Shown here: piece by piece, positions 53,250 through 64,000 of the stretch
How the letters are laid out: each line of letters starts with the position of its first letter
Position numbering within the stretch: position 1 is the stretch's first letter
Position numbers and translations under genes: made by a program
Assembly (NCBI GenBank): GCA_028023455.1
Contig: JAQFVV010000010.1
Location: forward strand, 5,208,001-5,272,000
DNA from: Epiperipatus broadwayi
Taxonomy: Eukaryota > Animalia > Onychophora
Length of the DNA: 64,000 nt
Direction: 5' to 3'
The notes under the pieces: generated by a model
What the model was told of the DNA's origin: nothing
Database searches by the model: none
Seen by the model: the letters and a program-made list of their open reading frames with translations, nothing else

Positions 53250-55300
53250 TGATTAATAGCCTAAAAGACATTGGCAAAGAAAAGAATTAAAGAAATGAGA
53301 GCATGCATAAAATGGTTTTAATAATCATTTTACTGTGGTGAAGAGAATAAGAAAATTATTGCATTATGTAATATCAGGAATATATCTCTTGAATTATAAC
53401 ATTGATCTAATATTTATTACTGTCATTAAAAAACCCACAGATTTAATGCTGCAAATACATGATGCTTTTACCAATTTTGTTGATTTCTTGCAAAAAACTG
53501 AATGAGGTCTTTCTCTTCTATTTGTATCTTGGGTGACATCAAAAATTAAGTTCTTATTTTCCCTAATATTATCAGACATTTGAATATATAATCATCAGTA
53601 GTGACTTTTGTTTTATAATCCTCAATAAAATTGCACTTCATTTCATATTTTGCATATCATAAAAACTTTTTGCATCCAGCTAAAGCAAATGCCAACAGTC
53701 TCCTCATTGACTCTTTAGACATCATCCATGTTTTGCATCCATATGTTGAAAATCTTATCCACAGTCTGTAAACATATTCTATTTCTAAAAATTCTTAGTT
53801 TTATTTCATTTTTGGTAATATAATTCACTAATTATTTTTTCCTCCCAAGGTAAACAGAACATCCTATATTTAAATTTTTCTAATTACTTTTCTTTTTGAA
53901 ACAATATTATTATGGTTTTGACTATATTTGTATATAATCAATATTTTTTTTTGTTATATAGCATCTTTAATATTGATTGCAATATCTTATTTTCTTCCAT
54001 AGTCATGTTTTGCATATTGTAAGTTCATTTACTTTTATTCCCTATATTGATTTTTCTTTCTAGATGTGCAATAATTAGTTTTAATGAGGTTAGATTTCAT
54101 TTATATTACTTTGTAATAATTTACAGTCTTCCATCATTATTCTTCTGATTGTAGCAAATAATTTTTTATTTTTAGATACACAATTTTATATAAAACATTA
54201 ATACATTCAAAGATCAGCCTTTCAAGCTAATTATGCATGCGTCTTCTGCGAGTGTTAAATAATAAATGAATACTTCATTCTACAACACAAGATATAGTAT
54301 TTATGCAGGAATAAAAGGAATCCTCTTATTCCTACAACTCAAATTCTTTTATATGAGCAAATCTGAAGTACTGTTGAATAAAGCGTGAGAGGAGAATTCT
54401 CACTTTAAATTACTATCTATGATGTTGTAATGAATGATGTCGGTGAAATTGTCTAGAATTTACTAAATGTCACTCTAAGTGAAACTTAATTATAAGTAAA
54501 TAAGCATTTATTTTTATATAACGCTATGCATACAATTGTATACATTCAAAGATCAGCCTTTCAAGTTAATTGCGCATGCGTCTTCTGTGAGTGTTAAATA
54601 ATAAATGAATACTTCATTCTACAACACAAGATATAGTATTTATGCAGGAATAAAAGGAATCCTCTTATTCCTACAACTCAAATTCTTTTATATGAGCAAA
54701 TCTGAAGTACTGCTGAATAAAGCGTGAGAGGAGAATTCTCATTTTAAATTACTATCTACGATGTTGTAATGAATGACGTTGGTGAAATTGTCTAGAATTT
54801 ACTAAACGTCACTCTAAGCGAAACTTAATTATAAGTAAATAAGCATTTATTTTTATATAACGCTATGCATACAATTGTATACATTCAAAGATCAGAATAA
54901 AGTATTCATTTATTATTTAACAATCGCAGAAGATGCATGCACAATTAGCTTGAAAGGCTGATCTTTGAATGTATACAATTGTATGCATAGCGTTATAAAA
55001 AATAAATGCTTATAAAACATTAAGAATAATAGCCAGAACTAAGTTTGGAATTTAGATACAGTACTACCATCTAAAATCTACTGATCACTAAAGCATACTA
55101 TACATGGCTCTGGAGTATTGTAAATAGAATGAATTACTGCTTCCAATGTAATATAATATTATGATTAAAAAAATATATTACATTGACAAAAAAAAATCAC
55201 TAGAAAATTGTTATAGCTTGATAATGAAGAGTAGGTGGCCTGCAAATATTTACCAACAACACTTATCTGTTATCCACATCAGAATTGTTTATTTTCTCAT
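53250..55300 (-). mobile_element. Decayed RTE-like LINE RT remnant, split by the 339-nt repeat insertion
   Basis: Minus strand reads YGCKTWMMSKESMRRLLAF near 53680-53740 (YG.ETW motif) and LEAVI near 55130-55150. Confidence 0.6.
54202..55010. mobile_element. Tandem 339-nt monomers with terminal inversion and TSD; no canonical HHR seen
   Basis: tacattcaaagatc recurs at 54202, 54541 and 54880. Inverted arm about 54896-55010 with a 37-nt extension. Perfect 13-bp TSD tataaaacattaa at 54189-54201 and 55011-55023. Confidence 0.92.
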
Positions 55301-55399
55301 ATCTATTCTGAAGGTTTGCTTTTAGTTTAGATTGTTTTTCCTTTTGTTTTTATATTATTATCTTTCTCTAATTTTTTTTATCTTTTATGCTTTTTGACA

Positions 55400-56307
55400 A
55401 TCTACAGTTTTTTCAGAACTTTTCTATTTTTTTTTAACCATACAATCAACCAAGAATACTTAAATGTTTTATCTTTTATTAATTAAGTTTTTTGTGTTTG
55501 GGGTGTCCTTTTGTTTTGGTGTTTTTTTGTTTTTTAAGGTTGTTTCTGGTGTTTGTTGTGATGGTGTGTTGGGGTAGGGAGTAGGTTGGGGGAAACTAGC
55601 ATACTGTTATAAATTATAAATACTGTTTAGTAAGTTTAAAAGCGTTAAATTAGCTTTTTTTGTTGTAAGTTAAATTATAAATGAAATAATTTTTTTTTAG
55701 AGATGATAGAAGATTATATTTGTTTTATATATCGATTTTTTTTAAAGTTTATTTTTTTTTTTAAAATTTTTTTTTAAATGTTGTTTTTTTTTTGTTTTAG
55801 TTGGTTGTTGTAAAAGTGTTGTGACTATCCCTTTGGGTTTTTTTAGTAAGTTGAAGTTTTTAATTCTGTTATAAATTTTAATTTTTTGGTTCAGAGATAA
55901 AGTAAAATAATTATGGAAATATTATCTGTTTTAATTTTAAAACTACATAAAATAGATTTTTTTTATAAAAATATCTATAAAGTTAAAAGGAAATAAAGTA
56001 GAAAGTTTTTTAAAATGTTTTGGTTTAAATAAACATAGTTGTTTAAAATTTATATGGTAATAATAAATATTATGTCTTTTTTTTTTTTCTGTTTGTTGGA
56101 AAATTGAATAGAGTTGTTGTTTATCCTCAGGGGGTTTCTTGGAAACGGTTCTTGTTCGGAGGGATAGTGTTGAATTTTTGTAGGGTGAATGGTTTTGTCT
56201 TTTTTGGGTGTTTTTAAATATTTTAATTGTTGTGTTTTTTATTTATTTCCTTCGCTCGTCAGCCATTTTTCAATGTGGAACTCGTATTTTTTATTTGGTT
56301 TTTGTTA

Positions 56308-56343
<36 letters not shown>

Positions 56344-56390
56344 TTTTTGTTTTTTTTTGTTTTGTTTTTTTGATATATATATATATGTCA
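55400..56390. repeat. T/G-skewed low-complexity stretch, possibly poorly polished sequence
   Basis: Strong strand skew with long T runs and G/T mixtures, unlike the flanking sequence. Confidence 0.55.
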
Positions 56391-58586
56391 AAGCATTAAT
56401 TAAGTTATTGCTGAAGAAGAATGTAAAATCGCACAAAAAAGTATTTTTCTAATAAAAGAACACAAATAGCTTTTTATATTTACAATTTAATATATATTTT
56501 CAATTGTCACTAAAAAATAGTATCAGAATATGCATTATTATCTTATTAATGATTATTCATCTTCTTAATATGATTGGAAAAAAGGGTAAGCATGCCTTTT
56601 CTAAATGGATTCAAATCAGGCATTTAGTTCAAGTAAATCTAAGAAAATATTTCTTATTTCTTTTTGATAAATAATTATATTTATCTAATAAGTATATCTT
56701 ATATATTGTAACAGTATGGAATGCAGGGATTTAAAAGAGAAATAAAATTTTAAGCCATCTAACCAATTCCAAACTTGGATCATAATATTATAAAAGCTAT
56801 CATCAATATTTCTGTTAAATGCACATATTTAAATGCTAAAATAACTATACCAATAACCATATCAACAGAAAATGCTGGGATCATTATACAATGCTCAGGA
56901 CCATATAATACTTACTGGTCATAATGAACTAATAATTATCATAAAACATATACAGTTAGTGACTTTAAAGATAATCTTCATTATCAATGTCATCTAACTA
57001 ATTGTACAGAGAATAATATAATGTCCATGCCCAGAGATTTAAATCTCTAATATGATTAGTCTGAAGTTAGCTTTGAGATCACAAAAACCCTAGTAAATAT
57101 GAATAAAAGAATATATTGAGAAGAATTCTTTTCATATTTTTTTTTGAATAACAATTCATTAATTTATTAAGAGTTACATATGAATAATCAATGGTTAAGG
57201 GCAATTGAAAAAGAGAAAAAACATTAAAAATAATAAAAAAGATAATTTTTTTTTCTCTCTCTCTTCAGTAATTTTATTTATTAGTTTATAACTTTAAAAA
57301 AAAAAAATCAAAAGAAATAGATTTAAATAAGATTTATCAATTTTTGGGGTTTTTTTTTTTTGAAAATTGCTATCAATTAATTTAAAAAGTTTCTCCCTAC
57401 ATCTCTCTCTCTCTATATATATATATATTGTTTTTCAATTTAAAATTTAATTAAAGGGTTATTCTATTTTAATAATTAAGAAGAAAAAGATATGATTGAA
57501 ATTTTTAATTTAAAAAAAGCAGTGAAATAATCTTTTTGTAAAAAAAGAATTGGTCAGGGTTTGATGCTGTTATTTTTGAGATAGTGTGATTTAGATGGAT
57601 AAGGTGGGATTGGCTTAAAAATAAAATAGGGGTCAGGTTAAAGAATTAGACTTCAGTGTCTAGTCAGTAGCAGTCAGTCTTAGTCCAGTTGTTGAGGAGA
57701 GCAGTAGCAATTTCCATTCCAGCTGTTGAAAAAAAAAACAGGAGTAGCAGTTCAGCAAGAGAAGTTAAGCTTGTAGTCTAAAGTAAGATTACCCTCACTA
57801 CTAATTGTTAAAAAAGATTTTTGAAATGCAGTTAAAGAAAATAATATGCTAAACTTGTGAGTCCACCCAAAATCATGAATGTCTCAGCCTGTGCTACCAT
57901 GATTTAGAAATCTGTTACCCTGAAAATTAATATTATAATTATCAACTAAAAACATTTATGAAAATTTTCAATTTACTACATGTTAATATTAGGAATGATT
58001 AGAAATTATGTAATTTAAGCATGAAGGGATTTACATCCTAAGCACATGTGCTGTAAAGTTTGACATAATAGTTCGTAGTATTAACATGTTGTAAATTAAA
58101 TTTTTTTGCAAATGTTAATATATAAAAAGAGATTAAGGAATGAAAAGTGAATAAAGAAACATCTTCACACTCTCAAACTAAGATATTTTAAATTGACCTA
58201 TATGATTAAAAAAATATGATCGCTCTTATCTTTTCAAAAGTCTTTATCTTGTTTTTTTGGTTTGAGAGTATCCTCAGTACTCAACAAGATACCACTGAGC
58301 TATTATAATAAATATTACAGTGCATGTTCTTAGGATGTAAATTCCTTTTGTTTAAATTAAATATTAAATATTTATGTATGTAAATTTTGTCTGTGTTTAT
58401 TTCTACTTTTTTTTAACATTTTAAATATATGCACGTGCATGCACACTATGCAATGTGCCATAAAATCAATCTCTCTTATATACTTTCATCTTATTAATAA
58501 TGAGCTAGGTCTATTAAAGATTTTTATTTTTATATAAAATCAAAAATCAATGTTTGTTAATGAGTTCAAATTTAAAATAATAACAC

Positions 58587-58692
58587 CTTTATGATGTCAA
58601 TAAGTCTGATCAGTAAATCTGCTGTGATGGATGGAATATCGTCACTGCATGCTGCATATTCAACTACAATCTTCAATAGCATAAGCACAGTT
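58587..58692 (-). CDS. VPS54: VPS54 coding exon (most 5' exon found in the window)
   Basis: tttttAG / GTgtta, 106 nt, phase 2 to 0. Reads (G)TVLMLLKIVVEYAACSDDIPSITADLLIRLIDIIK. The seven exons join in frame (754 nt: 1 nt plus 251 codons including the stop). Confidence 0.95.
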
Positions 58693-61600
58693 CTAAAAAA
58701 AAAAAGAAAATATTGAGACTACAATTTAAATCATTACTACAAAAAAGTAAATTGTAATTAATGATATATATACATTAAAAAAGTCTATATATGTTTATTT
58801 TGTTGAATATCTTTAAAAAAAAACTAAAAATATAAATTAACACAAGTTTGGCTAAAAAATTTTACAAAAAAATAGTGAAGCGTTTTGCCTGTCTGACTAG
58901 GTCTCTGTTACACATAAAACGTGTGAGTTGATCAAGTTATTGAAAAAGAAGAAAGTTCCATTCCTATTTCTAAAAACATAACTATATTTCCTGATCAACT
59001 CTACCTAGTAATTGTTATGATTTACACTATCGACGGAATCAGCTTTTATTTATTTTATAAGGGCACCAGGATTCATATAAGAATCTGCTAAAATCCGTTG
59101 CATCACATCTCGAAAATTAAAAAGAAAAATGCTTTTAAAAGAAACGGTATCATATTTTACCGTAACTAGAGTTATTTTCTAAATATTATTATTCCTGGAG
59201 CTTAGTCAATACATATTGGCAAAGGTAAATTATATTTTCAAATCTTACTAAACTAATATTAATAAATTTAATAATAATCATCAATAACGTACAATGAAAA
59301 GTTGATATTAGAAATAAATATTTTTTATTCTAACAAATTAAAATGGTTAAAGATAAATTACTAATTAAATAAAACTAGAGAGAACACACGCTAATCCAAA
59401 TAATGAATCGATTAATAAAAAAAACAGTTAAAGTTCTTAGGTAAACAAGAGTCTCTTGAACAATAAAATTAAAGTCTCTATCGGGATTATTTTATGCTTA
59501 TTTTTTTTTAAGAGTTGTTTGCAAACTAAGACACAATTGGGAAAAGTTACTCTTAGCTTACCGGTAAGTTTAGCGAGTTCACAAAGCTTGTAAATTACTA
59601 TGCATAGTTGTTTTTTTTTTTTGTGGGAGAATGAGCTCGGCCATCAGTTATAAGTTGATCTTGGTCTATCCTACTGGTTGGTCACGAAAGCTTTTCTGGT
59701 ATCCGTCTTCAGGAACGATGTCAGCAAAAGCCCCGGTCCACTCCAACATGCAGAATTATTTCAGCGTAGTGGTCCTGGAAATATTTTTGTTATCCAGGAC
59801 CAACCATAGGAAAAACAGACAAAACAAGACCCTGATCAAACTGGTCTTTTCCTTTTATACTCGAGGTCCAGTTTTCAGACTTCTGCGCATGTTATTATTA
59901 TCATGGCGTTTAGGTTTATAATTTTGTACATTATCATTTTTCAGTTATAAAGTTCTCTTTTTTTTATAAAGTCTTTCGGCCATCTTTAATCAACTAAAAA
60001 GATTTTTCTATTAGCTTATCTGGATTAGTAATTTGTGTGTCTTTTGTTCTTTCCAATTTTTTCTTTTATTTTTAACTAGATAAAAAAAATATGGATGAAA
60101 ATTTTCACTTTCATTGTACGTTTAGAAAAAAATTATACTAATTAAAAAAAAAATCTAAATTTACTTTTTTTTTAGCTTTTACAAAATGCCAATATATTTG
60201 TACCATATATAAATAAACGGTACAATAGCTTCATACAGAGATAATCAAAGTAAGTATTCTTCAATTTAAAAATGTTAATTGTATAATTTTGCATTCAAAT
60301 CAATAAAAAAAAAGTTGCATTTAAAAGTAATTATAAATAAAATCAAACATTTTAAAATCATTTCTAATAAATAGTAAAAATCATTTGGTTTATTTAGTTT
60401 CAAACTTGTGACAAGATAAAATAATAATTAAACATTCTGCCATAATGTGGCTCAGTTCTCGTAAAATTTGATGACTTCTGTCTTTATAAATATATCATCA
60501 CACAAAACTTCTACAGCTCCTTATGACATTTAATGAAGAAACTGGATAGTGAAATAAGAACCCAGGGGAGTAGCATAATTCAGGTTAATCAACATTTGTG
60601 GAAAACAATTATCATCATATTAAAACTTTTAAAACAACAAAAATATAATTATAATTCAAATCATAAAAACTATATATTCATAACAGAATTGCTATAAAGA
60701 AGTGATGTTCAATTTAAAAAGAAAAGACATTAGCAGTTTCATCTCAATAATGTGCAATGGCTTTACCGGGTAATTCTGCTATCTAAAAAACTACTCAGAA
60801 AATTTAATTTCATAAATATTCTTCAATTTGCTCCCTACTCCCCATATCCTGATTTTTTTTATTAATGGAAAAAATTTAGTGTAAGAAATTTTCTTTTAAA
60901 TTGCTATTTATTCATAATATTAGAAAAGTATAATATACATTTCAATCAGGAAATGGATTCATTAATGGCTTCACATTAAGTCCTTCAAATCTGTCATTGT
61001 ATGCATGGTTAATGAACTCACTTAGTGAAATGAACTCCAATTTATAAACTAATCTTATCTTATACAAATGAGGAAGTAAATAACTATTGTTTTATTATAT
61101 AAATCAAGCAAATTTAATAAATGAATAATTACCATACAGTTATTTTATAATCCATGACACAAGATATACTATTTTTCCTAAAAGAATTCACTATGCACTG
61201 GCAATAGCAAGTCATGTATCACATCAGTGCAAACCCAAATAGCCACTATACATTTTCATATTGTTTTCACATTGTAAATATGATAAAGGAGCAACCCTTT
61301 AAATACATATAAATATACTCAAGCAGCAATGGTATCATGGCACAGAACTTGGTGATTTACAAAGGGAAGTTACTGACACCTTTTCCATTATCTTTTTGTT
61401 AATATTTCTAAATTGAATAAATACTACAACATACCAATAAGCTTGTCTCAATCAATTCATAATATTATTTGTCGCAAGAATGGGATCTCAAATTTTAGAT
61501 TTGGAAAATAATTTAAAGTGCAGGCAATAATTGTGGCACCTACTATCTTAAAAGTGTCAGCCTAAAGATAATATAATTGTACTTAAAGTGCAATAGAATA

Positions 61601-61907
61601 ATAAACACTCATTTAAAATCTTGCAAAATTTGAGTGTTTGAGCTTGGCTCAAGTAAAATCACATGAAAAGTTTGATCTAAATTATCCAGGAAGCTGGCTG
61701 GTATATCGGGACAGATTTCAATTTGTTGGAAATTACTAATAAAATAAAAACTTAAAACAAGTTGACTATATATCTATCAGGTTGCAATACTATAGAACTG
61801 CTAAATGCATATTTTAATTTTAAAACTTCTGATTATAATGCAAATATATAAATACAATCCAGAAGCAATTAAATTATGTCTGAGCTCCAGAAATTGGCTT
61901 TGGTCTA

Positions 61908-63181
61908 ATAATAAATAATATTTTTGTAATGTAATTTCACTACACTACTCTCACACAAGATAGGGGCTAATTTCTATCCATTTTCAACAACTTGTGAAAG
62001 AATGTAATCATAAACATATGACCAAAGACATGTGAAAAAGATCTATGATCCCCAAGATGCACATTTTGTGCTGAACCAGCCCTCATCAGTTGGCCCAGAC
62101 CAGAATCTCTTCCACATATTTTTATCATTGTTCAGTATATACATATATGAAATTGCTAGTTTAAATGACGTGTCAAATGTGCTGTCCTCACAACATTGAC
62201 ACAAATCACTTAATAAAAGTATATTAATAATTTTTATTAGCCACACATTAGTCTAAAGATTATCCAATAATGAATAATATTTCTGTAATGTAATTTTCAT
62301 TACACCGTTCTCAGACAAGGTAGAGAATGTTTTCTATCCAGTTTTGACACCTTGTGGAAGGATGTAATCATAAATACATGATCAAAGACATGTGAAAAAG
62401 ACAAAGGATCCCTAAGATGCACATTTCATGCTGAATCAGAACTCATAAGTTGGCCCAGACCACAATCTCTTATACATATATTTATCATTGTTCGGTATAT
62501 ATAGATAACAAAGTACTACAGTTTAATTGATAAGTGTCAAATATGCAGCCCTCACATTAATAATTTTTATTAGTCACATATTAGAATAGAAATTATCAAA
62601 TAATGAATAATATTTCTGTAATGTAAATTTCATTACACAGCTCTCATGCAAGGTAGGAAAGATTTTATATTCACTTTTAACACCTTATGGAGGGATGTAC
62701 CAAAGACATGTGAAAAAAATCTATAATCCCCAAGATGAGAGTGATATAGTGAAAATTACACTACAGAAATTATATTTATTATTGGATAATCTCTAGTCTA
62801 ATGAATGACTAATAAAAAATATTAATATATTTTCATTAAATGATTTGTGTCACAAATGTGAGGGCAGCACATTTGACACTTATCAATTAAACTATAATAA
62901 TTTCATATATATATACTGAACAAAGATAAAGATATGTGGAAGAGATTCTGATTTGGGCCAGACTGATGAGTGCTGATTTAGCACGAAATTTGCATCTTGA
63001 GGATCATAGATCTTTTTCACACATCTTTGGTCACGTTTTGATTACATCCCTCTACAAGGTGCTAAAACTGGATAGAAATCAGTTCCTAGCTTCTGTGAGA
63101 GTGGTGTAATTTGGCAGAAATATTATTCATTATTGGATAATCATTAGTCTAATAAATGACTATCAAAAATTATTAATAACA
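61908..63181. mobile_element. Family B HHR retroelement: ~360-nt tandem units on the minus strand plus an inverted plus-strand unit
   Basis: aagatg recurs at 62054, 62414 and 62732. The plus-strand unit runs about 62735-63181 with an extension of about 46 nt. Candidate TSD gctttg(g/a)tcta at 61897-61907 and 63182-63192. Confidence 0.85.
62950..63005 (+). ncRNA. Type I hammerhead motif, family B (AUC triplet)
   Basis: CUGAUGA gugcu-gauuu-agcac GAAA uuugc AUC/ uugagg. Core intact; stems I and III carry substitutions. The minus-strand copies restore the consensus ccaa/uugg and AUGUGCAU. Confidence 0.7.
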
Positions 63182-64000
63182 GCTTTGATCTATTTTTGAT
63201 TTTAAAAAGTTATGTGGGATGAAAGATTATAAATTTGAGTTATGGATCTGAATACAACATTTGAATCAGTTCTCTCATGTGCAATGAAGCAGCCACAAAA
63301 AAATAAATTTGTTACTATTCAATGTTGACATATAAAAATCATTTGTCATTTGTGCTACCATATTGCACACACAGAAGTTGCCTATTTTACCAAAAAAAGT
63401 AAAAGATAAAAGTTCATATTATAAAAAAAACTTGTCAACAAATCAATACTTATCTAAAAATATATATATATATAAAGCCATTAAAGAACAAATTTGTGTC
63501 ATCCTTTAAAACATGAATCATCATTAATGATCTATAATAATAAAGATTGACATTAGTCAGAAGCCTCCATTGTTTCAAAAAACTTTTGGGCAAAAATAAG
63601 TAAAAATTACAAAGCAGATCTTAAGATGATTTTAAAACTTATCTGAAGCAAATTAATAATACTCCTGAGAGAAATGTAGATGAAAACTCAGAGACACTCT
63701 AAAGACATATAACTGACTGCTAATATCTCATAAAGAGTAAAGCAATTTCATGAGCTGAGTTCAAAGTTCTAGCTATTAATTTGTGGTAATGAAGACTTGA
63801 GTCACCATTGCCAAGATTTTTTTTTAAAAAATGAATATATAGTACTGGAGTTTTGAACCCAATTTGGGATCTTATCATGAAACATCCATCCATTTACATA
63901 CAAACAAAATATAAGCCATTATCCTTTATTTTGAGAACTAAAATATCGAGTAATTAAATAGACTAATGCTAATGGTGCATTGAATCAATATCTCATTCTG

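Noticed and set aside
54925-54965. cagaaga...gaaa as a hammerhead core in the 339-nt unit
   Set aside because: It has CAGA instead of CUGA, stem II does not close next to GAAA, and no stem I or III pairing was found. Kept only as a pointer in the findings.
60763-60790. 16-nt AG...GT candidate microexon on the VPS54 strand
   Set aside because: Wrong end phase for the next exon and no VPS54-like residues.
61538-61566. ADTFKIVG mini-exon as the next upstream VPS54 exon
   Set aside because: The donor gives phase 1, whereas exon 58587-58692 needs phase 2. The true upstream exon probably lies beyond 64000.

Overview
Very AT-rich (roughly 25% GC by eye, CpG-poor) metazoan genomic DNA, probably from an invertebrate. 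Two spliced housekeeping genes point towards each other: the last coding exon of UDP-glucose pyrophosphorylase (UGP2, + strand, 2368-2475) and the last seven coding exons of the GARP subunit VPS54 (- strand, 58692 down to 31650). This is the same tail-to-tail arrangement known from vertebrates. Most ORFs in the supplied track are spurious. The intergenic space and introns hold decayed RTE-type LINEs, hAT and mariner remnants, a tRNA-derived SINE and a Penelope-like (GIY-YIG) remnant. The most notable content is a set of small non-coding retroelements. At least four sequence families, here called A to D, carry type I hammerhead ribozyme (HHR) motifs with palindromic minimal stem III. Families A, B and D occur as tandem monomers of about 360-450 nt. 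Insertions share one architecture: a fixed 3' end about 100-140 nt downstream of the HHR cleavage site, an inverted terminal arm running about 30-55 nt beyond that end, and an 11-18 bp target-site duplication (TSD). Three further families share this architecture but show no recognisable HHR core. All alignments and structures were read by eye and no ribozyme activity has been tested.
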